In this document: positions 49,300 to 62,676 of the stretch, piece after piece
How the letters are laid out: every line of letters starts with the position of its first letter
Numbering within the stretch: the stretch's first letter is position 1
Assembly: GCA_030704615.1 (NCBI GenBank)
Contig: CM060732.1
Location: forward strand, 19,096,001-19,160,000
Source of the DNA: Takakia lepidozioides
Taxonomy: Eukaryota > Plantae > Bryophyta
Length of the DNA: 64,000 nucleotides
Reading direction: 5' to 3'
Program-made: the position numbers and the translations under genes
Notes under the pieces: model-generated
Seen by the model: the letters and a program-made list of their open reading frames with translations, nothing else
What the model was told of the DNA's origin: nothing
Databases searched by the model: none

Positions 49300-50210
49300 A
49301 GCTGCAGTAAATTGCCCGCAGAAATCTAGGTAATACTATTATGAATTATTAACCTAATATTACCTAGATATTTATAGGTATATAGGTATATATATACTAA
49401 TACTGCACAATATATGGTATAAATAAGGTAATACAATACCGCACAAACAAATAAACCTAGGTATTACCTAGGTAATACAATACTGCAATGAATTAAATAA
49501 GGTAATACCGAAAAAAACCGAAAACGGATAAGGATCAAGAACGTTCCACAAAATTCACATGGGAAAAGGACAAGAATATCAAAAAAAATGCAATTGCGAG
49601 TTTCTTCTCAAGGTTGTGGTTCGCTTACAACAACAAAACGACATTGAAAAGACCAATGTTGAAAAACCAATCACTATATATGTCCATAATAAGCGCATAG
49701 TGGACATCGTCCCGGGGGTACAAGGGAGACAAGTTTTTTTTACCGGTGCATCCTAACGTAATTGCTTTTGCAATGGAGAATTTGACCTGAATGGTATCAA
49801 CTTCGACGGTTGCTTTGGCAAGTACGAGAGAACACAAAAAAATTCAAGCTGCGGTTTCCGAGTTGGAGTGTGCTACATACCGGTTTTTCCTCATTCATAA
49901 AGAAGTGGAGCAATTGGCCTATTCATTGCGTTTGAAAGATAAGTTTCTATTTCGCCTTCCTTTCATTATACCTACATCATGATTGATATTTATTTTCAAA
50001 TTCATTATGCTTATAATAAGACAAAGGAAGGTCATTATTTATCAAGCTTATTATCTCACTCATCATGATCCAAGGAAAAGGCCATTTGTTGTGGTAATAC
50101 ATTATGAAGCCTATTATCTAGGTTAACCAAGGTAATGCTCGAAGACTCTCTAGTGGGCAATCATGCATTTATAGGTAAGCATTACCTAGGTAATAATTAA
50201 CCTAATACTA
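49300..50210 (+). mobile_element. Degenerate DNA-transposon remnant (possible MULE-type WRKY-GCM1/FAR1-like finger)
   Basis: Flanks are rich in ATTACCTAGGTAAT palindromes. The interior reads KKCNCEF.L.V...TIYVHNK, then by frameshift HSGHRPG (49580-49720). Confidence 0.4.
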
Positions 50211-52050
50211 ATTTCACCGTGAAAATTGTGAGATTATAACATTGGCCCGGACCTCAATTCCGGGTCCCAATGGAAAAGTGGGAAACCAATTTTGCTTGCC
50301 CCAAGACCAACCCATTTTTTTTCATTTCATGTACAGCGGCCATGTGGCTACAAACTGGTGGGGTAGAGTGCGTAGATGGCGAACCAGCTCTTTTCCACAT
50401 GGATCGTATGTGGCTACAGCTATGCACCATACTGTTGCAATAGGGCGACCATATATGACCAAGAAGACATTTCAAGCGCGATACATATTCAAAGCAGGGC
50501 AGATAAACCTGGCTCTAAGGGCCCTTATATTGCAACAATGTGCCTACCATAAAAATGTAGTCTTATATCGCAGTGGCAAAGGCCACCCCCTCCAGCCCTA
50601 AAACGCTTGGCGAACGCCAGGGTGCAGCACGTGGCGAGGTCCCCCACGGCTGCCACACCAATAAGCACCGGCCGTTGAATGGCGGTTGCCACAGGATCCA
50701 GTTCCCAGGCACCAAGGGGTGGTTCCCTTGGTGCTTTATGGTGACACTCCACCAGGGAGCGGGCGCTTTCTGGCTTCTTCTTTTTTCGTTTTTCCCCTGT
50801 TTTTTTACAATGACGTGTCGCAACCTACAAAGTTCGAGTGCATTCTGGCTTTATTTCGCCTAAAAATATGGGCTGCCCAAGACGCACCATTTCCAAATCA
50901 AGAGTGGAGTGGCTACAACCCCTCTAAATTGCAGGTCCAACTGATTTTTTCACCTATGGTTGCTTTGTATGTAATTACATAGGGGTTAAAATCTTAAAAT
51001 TGAACAAAGGAAAATGTGCCTCCAAATGAAGTACTTTTTTTTCTACAAAATTTCTAAAACCCAGTGGTGGATGTGTGTATGTAATGCTCACACACCACAA
51101 GGTAAAGCGGTTTTTATAATTTTACTAATTTTACAATTTGGGCTTGTTTACCTGCCACGTCTGCAGTCAACAAGCCCGCCATAAAGGTGACGTAGTTATC
51201 TTAGATATTTTCTGTAGGTGGTGGCTTTTTTTTTTTTTTTAAATTTCTTTTTGCATCATATTCGAGACAAGTCCCTTGTCCAAAAAAAAGGAGTGGGGCC
51301 CATCAGAGTAAATCTGCTGAAATGAGGTATAAGTGAAAATTCACAGCGACCCCATTTGGGTTGCTTGGAAGGGTTAAACATAACTTTGATGCCCATTGGA
51401 ATCATTTTGACATGTTTCATGCAAATATTGGCAGATGAAATGATTTCAACATCTAGACTTCTACTACATCATTATGCAAGAGATCATGCATTGTAAGGTA
51501 TTACATATCTGGAACCTTATCACCTCAAAGGCCGAAAATCAAGAACTATTTGCTAGATTCATGGTGGCTAGAACACTGATCAATGGAGAGAAGAGTTGCC
51601 TAGGTGACTTAGAGACATACCACAAATTTGTACATGAGGACTTTTGGTGAAGCGTATGCATAGAAGCTTTCTGGTATGCTTAGACAGGTCGTGCTGCATA
51701 AAACATGACGCAGACTAATTTTCTCAACAGTATGCAATTCAGTAGACAGCCTTAAGTTGGGCACTCCATAGAGAAGAGCATGGGACTGTGACTGGCTGTG
51801 TCGGGCTGTGTCGGGCTGTGCGAAGCTGTGGCGGCTGTGACTGGCTGTGACGGGCTGTGTGAAGCTGTGCGAAACTGTGGCGGGCTGTGTAACCCCCCTA
51901 AAGCCTGTTGCTGCCACCCCTAAGGCTCCTGTTGGTCTCAGTCTGCGCAAAAATTAAGGGTACCCCACAGAACCCGTAAAAGCGTCTAAGTCCCCAAGCA
52001 GCCCTCTAACATTTACCCCTCCCCCTCTCAAAAAGTCGTGTCCTCACGGG

Positions 52051-55000
52051 TTACTGTTTGGGATTAGCAAACCTTTGTGAGCGAGCACCATTCTGACGAT
52101 GAGAGTCTCGTGAAGGACTCCGTGTGCGAGCCCGAGTTCTGTCACTGGTTGACGGAGATAATTGAGCACTACCTGGAAATGTCTGACCCTCCTTTGGCTG
52201 ATAACGAGGTAACCTCTCAGGCATAAGAGATCCCCGTCGTTTCTTCTCTGCCATCTGAAGTGCATAGTCTTCTGCCATGTCAAAAGAGTCCGCTGAAGAA
52301 ACAGTAGTATCAGAATCACCGTCTCCCCTTAGGTGTTTTAACGGCCGAACTTTAAGTGAAATCCTGTGTGGCATACAATGTGGTCCGACCATATCTGGAA
52401 GTTTAAATTGTACAACTTGTTGTAAGCGCTGGCAAACAAAATTAGTGAACGTCATGAACTCCTTATCTGTATAGGTAAGAGGTATGCCAATGACTTTGGA
52501 ACAGTGCAAGTATTTCCATGCCTCATGTCCCTTAAAGAAAATATCCTCAGGGCCGAATTTCTGTGTTGTCAAATTTTTCCAAGTCGAATGAAACCATGAA
52601 CGAAGTTGGGAATCCTTCTGCATCATAACTTTTGCATCATATAGGTACATATGAGGTGGCACTGAAGGTAAGACCCAATGATCCCCACTGGAATAACTCA
52701 GAAATCGGGATTGCATCCTCTGTTGCTCAATGTGATAACGTGCCAGAAAACAAGCAGCATAGTATAATCCACAGCCCATGACAATACTTGATACCTCCTT
52801 GGTCTTGGTATAAATGTACCCATGTACAACTTGGAATGCAATTAATTCCTTCAACATGGTACCTGTTTCAGACCAGTACCTCGCAAAGTGATGATCCTCA
52901 ATGGGTCGATTGTTTGGAAGAACCTTAGTCCTAGTTGCCACTGGTAGCCAAATGCGCATGATCTGGTAGTAATGTGCCAACGATTGCGGAGGACTAAATT
53001 CCTTCCAAGCCAAATCCAACACAATGGGAATTTGGTTGAAGGGCATAATCATAGTCCGACTGTACTCCCGTGCAGCAGGAGTCTTAGGTGGGTTAAAAGC
53101 ACCATCCCCCCATACCTCGGGTTGTGGTGTGGCTGTAGTAACAACAGGGTCAGCTACCTGCACAGTCACTTATTGTGGTATTGGTACCACTGGCCCTTCT
53201 ACCACTGACATCTCCTGCACCCCTTGCGAAGAAGACTGAAAAATTAGAGTCATGGCTTGTAAATAAGTAGCCATCAGCTGCTCCTCAGGTACAAAGACTC
53301 TTTTGTCAATATTTGAACTCAGGTCGTCCACCCGAGTCTGCAGGCCTTCTATATCCTCCTGTAGCTCCGCTATCCTACTATAGACATTGTCTATAGTAGT
53401 TGTGGCAATGTTCTGCACCTGCAGTCTGAGCTCATTCATTTCACCCTGGGTGAGCTTCCGTGGTGCTTTACCTTCCACTGGCCTTTGTGTTAACCAGACC
53501 TGCATAAGGTGGTTATCCACCAAGTCGTGTGTGGCACCCCTGAGAGTCTGCTCCTCCGTGAGTCTGTACACATCTAATTGCTGTTGTAAAGCCTCCATGC
53601 GCTTCGCATGAGGTTCAACCAGACTCGCATAGGCAGCAGCCAGATTATTGGCTTCCTTCCAAGCCTTGTTAGCCACAGAGAGTTCATTTCTATTGACCAT
53701 GACTGTTTGTTGCAACTCTAGGATGTACCTCTCCTGGTCAGCCTCAATCTGTCTGTATTGTTTGAAAGTATTCTCATTGCGACAGATTGTATTCTTCATA
53801 TCAACAATGAGTTTCGTTTGCTCGATTATCTCTGCTTCTGTCTTTATACATCTCTCCCCTTGTCTGTTAACTTCTAATGCAGTTTGTTCAAGAGTAGTTG
53901 TGAGTGTAGCACATTGTATGGTCATCTTCTCATGTACTGCCTGCAACTCTGTATGTAGTACATTCACTTCTTGCAACTTGCCCTCATGCTTCACCTGCAT
54001 TTGATATAACTGTTGCTTATGTGCTTCATGCAAGTGGTCCTGCGCGAGGCCTGCTTCAATCAAATGTCCCTTGGCCAACTGCAAAGCAGCCTTTGTGTCC
54101 TCTAACTCTTGCTGTAATTTGAGATTGACCTCCTCATCGACCTTGTTAGCACACTCAGTGGCAATTCGAGCCTCAAACTCCTTCCTGAGTTCCTCCCTCA
54201 AAGTTGCCAATTGGGTAGATGGAACATGGGATTTCACATAAGTGCCCAACAAATTAAGTGTTCTGCTTATGGAACTCATAAACATGGCCTGCTAAGGGTC
54301 ATCATGGTGAACTTGCTGCTGTTCTTCCTGATCCTCTATAGTGTGATGCCTCACCAACCATTCAGGTCATTGCCCCACCAGATTCTCTTCCTGAACCACC
54401 TCATCGTCCACAGGTGCTGCAGTGTCCTGATATTCTACCCCTGGTACCTCCGTCACAGGTGTGGGTATTACATGCACAGCAGGGTTTTCCCTGGACAACC
54501 GCTGCACCTCTGGAATCACTGATTCTCTTACCAAGCCAGAGTTTTCATAGAGAATGCCATCCTTCTCAATTTCGGCCACGACCTGCTCTGTAGTGGGAAT
54601 GTCCAACCTTTCTCCTTCCAGAGCAATTGGGGGTGATGTCACAGCATGTACTAACGGTGGAACCTCTAAAACAACTGAGTCAATTGGTTGTGGTGACTGT
54701 GGTATCGAATTGACTTCATCTTCCCTCTCCGAAGGCCGTGCTTCCAATAATAACAGCCTTCTGTGCTGCTGGGCCCCATCCTGCACAAGAGCTTGGGAAA
54801 CATCATCGTGCGGTTTCCGTGAAGCCAGTGGATCCGCCACTACAGTCATACCCCGCCTCTGTCTCTTAGACTGTTGTTGCCCTGCCAGTCCACCCTTACT
54901 ATGTGAAGAGCCCTGCTCTTCAATTGCAGTGGTTTCTGCCTCAAACACTCCCATCTCCTTACGTTCCCGAGTATTAAATATGCAAGAATCAAGAATGATT

Positions 55001-55893
55001 TGGGCAATAATTGGACCAGACACAATGATCGGAGACTTAGCAGCAGTGCCCTGTAACCTCTTCATCTTGTCCACTAGTCCATTGTACATTAATTTCGCCC
55101 AAGCGACATCCTCTCCCCTCAAAGCTTTCAGGATCTCCTCTGTGAATGACCTGCTCAAATACTGTTGGTTCTGTTTCATGGCAAACAGAACGTTCAATAT
55201 TTGGCCAACTTCCCTAAGCCCTAGGTACTCGGCTTTGGTACAAGCGTAACCTTGAGTTTTAAAGAAACTCCCTTCTTGGAACAAATTCCCTATCTGCAAT
55301 CTTGCCATGTGCTCATCCACATCCACATGTCCTGATGGCAAATCAAACAATTGCTGCAGGTACTGGGGAGTAATTTCTATATCTACTCCCCTCACCTGAG
55401 TAACTCCCGTCCGAGGCTCAAAGTTCTGAAGAAATTGAATCATAAATTGCCGATGATGCAAGGACCAGTCCTTGCGTAGTAGCCCCTCCAATCGCAACTC
55501 CCTTAGCAGCTGTACTGCCTGCGGTGCTGCAATTATTTGCTTCTGCAGAATCGTGGTGCTCTTCACCCTGATATCCTCTATTCCCCTCACTCTCTTCATT
55601 CTAGACAAACAAAAAGGCTTTGTTTGAAACAGCTGAAGGAAAGCTTGTAGGGCACAGAGCATGAAGGTATGGTTGGCACAGAATGGAACAGGTAAGTGCG
55701 TGTATGCTTGTGGGGCTTGCAAGTATCGAGTGAGAGAAAATGTACTCTCAATGCTTCCGTCCTTGCGCCACTGCGTGAGAAGTAAAGCGAGTGTGTAATC
55801 CGTTACATCTGCCATAGCTACAAAACTAGTGCTTTGATTGCCCCTGTCGTCGAGACCTTGGCTATTCAGAGCCACCCCGACTCTTCCGCTCAT
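52051..55893 (-). pseudogene. Extra ORF 3' of integrase (~1280 codons; plant-transposon-protein-like domain, coiled coil, unknown domain)
   Basis: Track ORFs 54367-55893, 53170-54285 and 52051-53169 share one frame, separated only by TGA 54367, TAG 54292 and TAA 53170. Confidence 0.75.
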
Positions 55894-55899
55894 AACACT

Positions 55900-58800
55900 T
55901 CATATTTCTTGTTCTTGTTTCTTGGAGGGAACCACCTGCATGTAATTCGCACTCCTGATTGGCTGTGGACTGCTTAGGTAATTTCTTAATTCCACCCCCC
56001 TCCATGGACATTCCCACCTGGAATGTCCAGTAGGACAGCACATGTGGCATAGGTTTTCCTTTTCTGTACTCGGAAAGGGTTCCGTTACCCTTACACTGAA
56101 TGCATTAATGGGCCCACAATTAGTATTAGCTGTTGTACCGGGTAAGTACTTTGACGGCCCGATTTGTCCGTTTGCATGATGAGATTTTTTTTTGCAATTG
56201 ATGCAGTGCGGTGTGGCACGCCTTAGTGGCCACGTGTCCGTTTCAAAACAAGCCCCCGACTTCCCCTCTCCGCGTGGCATATTCTCCAAGTTTCACTTCC
56301 AAACTTCCTCTTCACTCGATGGCCATTTTTTAAACGTTAATTTGCGTCCACCTGTCACTGACCCTATGGACTGTGTAATCTGTATGGGCTGTGTTGGGCT
56401 GTGACAGGCTGTGTGGCACTGTGGTGGGCTGTGATAGGCTGTGTCTCGCTGTGATTGGCTGTAATAGGCTGTGTCTCGCTGTGATGGGCTGTGATAGGCT
56501 GTGTCACGCTGTGATGGGCTGTGATAGGCTGTGTCACGCTTGTACTTCCTGCCTTGGTCATACACGCTCGGCTTAACGACAAGTGCTCCATACTCCGTTG
56601 GTATCACTGGCGCAGCCCGTGACTGCTTTTGCGTTTCAACATGCAAATCGTGCTGCAATGGTTTGTCATGGATACCACTGTACCCCTTCAACTTATTGGC
56701 ATTGACTCTTCCCAGCATATCTTTGTTAATGGTTTGTAAGATGGCGGTGTTGTTATCATACATCTTCTGTATGACATAAGGTCATTTCCATGGTGATTTA
56801 AGCTTAGAAGCTTTAATCTTCCCCTTCTTCTGCAACCAGAGAACCAAATCTCTCGTCTTAAAAGTCTTTAATTTGCCTTCATCAAACTGTTCCTTCCTCT
56901 TCATCTGAATTCTGGTCATGTTATCAGCTGCATCAGCACGTACTTCTTCCACATGGTATAATTCATGTTTCCTGATCTTAATTGAATCTTCCAATTCCAT
57001 TCTTTTTCCCCATTCAGTTCTCATGGTAGGTAACAAGAATTCCACTGGAAGTAAAGCTTCCATACCATAAACTAATTGGAATGGTGTATACTTAGTGGTG
57101 ACTTTATATGAAGTCTTGTATGACCACAAAGCTGTCAGCAGCTTTGTATCCCAATCCGTTCTGTTTGCATTGACTATCTTAGCCAAGATAGTACATAGTA
57201 TTTTGTTGGTAGCCTCTGCCTGCCCATTACCCTGTGGGTAATATGTTGTACTCTTCCTATGCACAATCATGAACTCTTTAGTCAATAATTCAATGGTCTC
57301 ATTAATGAAGTGACTTCCCTGGTCACTAATAAATTCCAGGGGACAGCCAAATCGTGTAAGTATGTTCTCATACAGGAACTTTGCTGTGGACTTGGCTGTG
57401 TTGTCCCTCAGAGCTTTAGCTTCCACCCACTTTGTAGTATAATCAGTGGCTGTAATTATGTACTTATTCTGTGTATTCTTGGCTGGTGGGTTAATTGGTC
57501 CAACAAAATCTAATCCCCATTTCTGAATGGTTCAGTAGGCATCGTAGGATGCAAAGCCATCTTCCCAGATCTTTGCAAAGGTCCTAGCCTCTGACATTCA
57601 TCACAACTCTGACAATACTTGTGTACATCTTTGACAAAGTAGGCCACCAGTAACCTGCAAGTAGTATCTTCCTACTGGTAGTCTCTTCTCCAAAATGACC
57701 TCCAGCCACTCCTTTATGAACTTCCTCCAAAACTTTATTTACTTCATGGTGGTACAAGCATCGTTTAAGTACTCCATCAGGTCCTAGCTTATACATTCTG
57801 CCCCCTACCATAGTATAAGGTAAAGCCTTGATAGCGATTCTCTTCCTCTGCTCCTTACCATAACTAGGTGGGCACTGACCATGAGTAAGGTAGTATCTGA
57901 TTGGCCACTGCCAATCTAACCATTCATCTGCACTTCCCTGCACCTCCATTGCAAATAAACTCGCATCAGGTAATTTGTCGTCTACTCCTGTGGCGGGCTC
58001 TCCTGTTGTTAGGCGTGACAAATGATTTGCCACAAGATGCAAACGGCCAGACTGGTAAACAACTTTGAACTCAAACTCGTGCAAGATTATTAACCACCTT
58101 GCTATCATTCCACTTATCAAAGGTTTGTTCACCAGATATATCAGAGCCTGGTGATCCACATAAAACATAAACTTTCTTCCCAATAGGTAATGCCTGAATT
58201 TCTTGACTGCATAAATCATTGCCAGTGCTTCTCTTTCAGTTGTGCTATAGTTCCTTTCAGCACTGTTCATCAACCTGCTAGCATAGTACACAGGTGAATC
58301 TATATTTCCTGTAACATTTTGGGCTAACACCGCTCCCAACGCTTCTCCTGAGGCATCATAGTGAACATGAAATACTACATGCCAGTGAGGGTTAATCAGC
58401 ACAGGTGTAGTTGTTACTGACAATGTAAGTTCCTCAAAAGCCTGTTGACATTCAGCTGTCCATGCAAACACTGCATCTTTCTTCAGAAGCTTGCTCAATG
58501 GTGCTGCTATCTGTGCATACCTTTTGACAAATCTTCTATTATAACTGGTTTGTCCAAGGAATCTCCTTAGACTCTTAACATTTACTGGTGGTGGAGAGGC
58601 TTTAATGGCCTCTGTCTTCCTGGGATCCACAAGAAGTCCCCTCTTACACACAATGTGTCCCAAAAGCACCCCTGAGTTCACACAAAAAGTACACTTCTCT
58701 GGATTCAGGCCCAGACCTCTCATCCTGCATCTGGCCAAACATAACTCCAATTTATGCAAGTGCTCATTCTTAGAGCTGTACACACTGAAATCATCCAAGA

Positions 58801-61800
58801 ACACCTGCATGAAATCATCCAGATACTCATGAAAAGATTCACTTATTACTCTCTGAAAGGTTGCTGGTACATTACAAAGTCCAAAATGCATGACTTTGTA
58901 TGCATAAGCACCCCAATATGTGATGAAAGCTGTCTTTCCCTGGTCTTCTTCTGCCACTTGCACTTGATTATAACCACTGAAGCCATCCATGAATGAGTAC
59001 ATCTCATGGCCTGCCACAGTGTCCAATACCGCTTCTGTGAATGGCAAGGGAAAATGATCTTTCTTCGTGCAAGCATTCAACTTCTTATAGCTCACACAAA
59101 CTCTCAGTTTACCATTCTTCTTGGGAACTATCACAATGGGTGACAACCAAGTTGTATACTCTATCGGGTATATAAACTTAGCCTCAGCCAACTTCTTGAT
59201 CTCTTCTCCAACCTTTTGTGCATAGTTAGGATTCATTCTGTACCTTGCCTGTTTGATTGGTACTGACCCTGGTTCCAGTTCAATCTTATGCTGACAGATC
59301 TCAGGTGGTATCCCTTTTAGATCCTCGTAGCTCCAAGCAAATACATCTCTGTATTTGATGAACAAACTCTTAGCTTCCTCAAAGAATTCTGGCTCCAAAT
59401 CAGCCCCTATCTTCACCATCCTCGGTTCATCTTCAGTTCCCACATTCACTTCTCTCACCTGCTCATCAGCTGTGATTGTCCATCCAGTCACCACTTCATC
59501 CTGTAAACTCACAGTGGCTGGTTCATCTAGGATTTCCATTTCTCCCTCTCTTTCTTCATAGAAATGTGGTGGGTAACTGTTTGTTTCACCTTCAATTGGT
59601 GTTGCTGTCACTACACCACAGCAGATACCTTTTAAACAACTTAGGCCTTCCAGCTGCATCTCTGCAACCTGCTCCCACTCTGGGTGTGCAGTGAACAGGG
59701 TAGCTTCCTGCTCCTCATCAAGTCCTCCCCTCCAGTCATACTCCCTGACCCCTCGAGGTCTTCTCGTAGCAGGTAATCTACTAGATTTCTTAGTGACAAT
59801 TTGTATCTTGTGCATCCCATCATGCACAGTTAGTAGCTGGGAATTCCAGTCATGGAATACCCTGGCCTGCTTCAGCCACGGACGTCCCAACAATAAGGAG
59901 TAAGCTTCCATGACTTCATCCATTTTCAACACAGTTATTTGATCATAAAGATCATCTTTTGAATCTGTATCTTAACTCCTCTTATCAATCCCAATGGTTG
60001 TACACTTCTTTGATCTGCCATTGTTACTGTAAATGGGGCTGGTTTCATGTTACTTAGACCAAGCTTCTGCCTTAATTGGGTTGTCATGATATTCACTCCT
60101 GAGCCTCCATCTATCAGTACATCAGTTAGTTCTGTGCTTCCAATTCTCAATTGGATTACTGGCATAGAATCATCAAAGTCCATGACTGTTTCTCGCCCTT
60201 CCGGCTTCACATTATAACTGGTCACCTTGCTGTTCAGGTCTGTGTTCCTTGTCACATGGGCAATTCGATTGATTGCTTGATACAGCCTGTGTCTACAATA
60301 AGGTGCCACAGCCAATAGCTGTCCAATGATAATCTCCGCTTTGGATTGGCATATTACTTCAGCCAAAGTCCCTTCATTACTCTGCATGTCTGCAGCTTCT
60401 TTCTTCCCTTCATCCTCACTCACTTCCTCTTCTCTATCAGAATCAGAGGAATCTGCCATAGGAATATCAGTACTCTTCTGCATTTCCCTTATGGTATCTG
60501 CCACTTCCTTGTGCAGTTCCTTCTCATCTCTCCAAGCCTCATCATCTTCAGGCACATCACTGCCATCTTCATTATCATCATCTTCCTCATCTACTGGAGG
60601 TATTAGTTTGGCTTTGCTTCTCGTTACTATCATTGTACTTACTTCTGGTACAACACATGGCCTAACCATGTGAGCTGCCACCACTGGCCCCTCATTCACA
60701 GGAGCTCTCATCTCATTCTGGTGTCTGATCCATAATGGACAGGCTGCCTTGCGATGGCCTGCCTGATTACAATAGTAACACAGTTCTTCCCCATTAGGTC
60801 CTCGCCCTTGGTCTTTTCTGGAATTGTTTCTGTAATCCTGATTCCCTGGCTGGTAATTCCTCCTTGGATTACCCTGATAGTTGCCTCTGGAATTTCCTTG
60901 GTAATTCCCTCTTGGATTACCTCTCCCTTCCATGCCATTGTTATAACCACCAGGCCTACCATAGTGGTCCTGATCACTGTTTCTTCTTGGCTGGGGCTGC
61001 ACTTGATGCACCCTTACTTGCCTAGGTTCTCTAGCTGCTGTCCTTCTGTTGTAGTAACAATTCTCAGTAGAATGGTTATCCATTTTACAGATAGTACAGT
61101 GTTTCTCCTTCATGTGGCATTCAGTGGTGGTATGGCCTTTATTCTGACACTTTGCACACCAAACACCATTCCTCCAATGTGTTGCAGCCTCTGTGGCATA
61201 CTTCTTCAAGATTTCTTCTAATCTTTTCTCATAGTTATCCCTCTTCAACTTCTCCTTCCTCTTACTCTTCCTTTTCAGCTCTTGCTCTTCTTCCTCATCT
61301 GACTCATCCTCAGAGTCCTCATCATCCCTTTTCTCTCTCCTGAGCATTCCCAATTGCTCAATTCTGTTCGCTTTTTCAAATGCCTCCTCCACTGTATTAT
61401 GGGGTAACATATCCACTTTCTTTTGCAACTCTGGTCTTAGTCCACTCACAAACCAAGTCTTCTGTAAACCTGGTGCTGGTACAACAGCCAGCTTTTTCAT
61501 CATCAATTCCATCTTTTCCATATACTCCTCAACAGTTTCATGCTTCTTTTGCTTTAACTGTTGTAAACTTCCATACACTTCATCCTCAGTTTTACTTGTC
61601 CTGAACCTATTTTGGAATGTTGTATTCAAGCCATTCCAAGTTAGGAAATGATTATCAGGGAATCTTGCATACCATTCACTTGCTTTCTTGATAAGTGAAC
61701 AAGGAAACAGTCTCATCTTGGCATCATCGCCATTCTCATTGTTCACAATACACATGTGCTCAAATTGGCTAATGTGTACATCAGGATCCCCTTTTCCTGA

Positions 61801-62676
61801 ATATATTGGAAAATGTGGTTTTTCATGTGTTGGTTGTAACGCCATCTGTGGCCCTACCTTCTGCCCACTGACAGATGTTGGCCCCCTTGCTGGTGCTGGT
61901 CCTTGAGGACCTGTTGTAGTTGTGGTGGAATTTCCACCAAGTGGTGACCCCTGAGCACTCCCTGCTACTGGCCCCACTATATTCACAGTATTCCCAGCTC
62001 TAGTTGCACTACTTCCCACACTCCCTGTCCCCCCAGAGCCTGATCCAGGCTGCCCGCCTGATCCCCCTGAGCCGACACCTTCGTTGGCCTGTGATCCAAG
62101 TGCTCCACTTGATCCAGGTCCAACGGGTTGGGATGTCCTGGTTGTAGTCTCAACCTCAGCTGTTGGGTCTATTTCTTCATACTCTTCCTCTTCCAATTTC
62201 TTCTCTCTGTTTTCATCCTCCAAGTTCTGTCCTTGGGTTTCTTCTTCACTCATGTAACTCAACTGCAATGGTGTTGGAGAGTCTGAACTCTCCGTTGGCT
62301 CTGCCACATCCTCTCCTCCTTCTTCATCTTCCGTTTCAGAAACTGGAGTTCCTGCTTTTAGTGTTCCATGCCAACTCTTATCAAAGATTTCTGTCAAATC
62401 TTTTATCCAGGGATGTACCTCAGATCTTTCACCTCGTGGTTGATCTTCTTCCAGTACCAATTCCCTTAATCTTTCTTGCAAAGAAAAAGAAGGAGTGGCA
62501 TCCAACTCTAGTTCTTCCGGTATGGGTGATGTACTCTCTGATCTTAATGGTGTGAGAGGTCCAGATGATTCCCCTATGTCTATTCCTCTCTCCCAAAGAT
62601 ATGGATAATTAGCTTTCAGATAACTTTCTCTTTTTGCTGAATATCTCTGGAGTCTAGCTTCTCTTTCATCACTCAT
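55900..62676 (-). pseudogene. gag-pol polyprotein, disrupted
   Basis: Gag (YSGKGDPDVHI, ASEWY, FVSGLRPEL, three CCHC knuckles); protease LIDGGSGVN...LLGRPWL (1-bp frameshift ~59935); RT (WLSPIVIVPKKNGKLRVC, DGFSGYNQ, FLDDF); RH (DASG, EALAM, DHQAL); INT ([21 protein letters not shown]); WK*PY; extended tail. Confidence 0.92.
56385..56540. repeat. 10-bp/30-bp tandem array in the integrase tail (encodes SQRDTAYHSP repeats)
   Basis: GTGnnnnGCT decamers with a 30-bp higher-order period; same GCTGTG core as the LTR arrays. Confidence 0.9.

Noticed and set aside
52051-55893. Calling the extra ORF a true envelope (env) gene
   Set aside because: No clear signal peptide, and only one weakly hydrophobic stretch (VSSIVMGCGLYYAACFLA); position alone is insufficient.
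51787-56540. GCTGTG arrays as CRISPR-like repeats
   Set aside because: They are contiguous decamers without unique spacers, inside a eukaryotic retrotransposon, with no cas genes.
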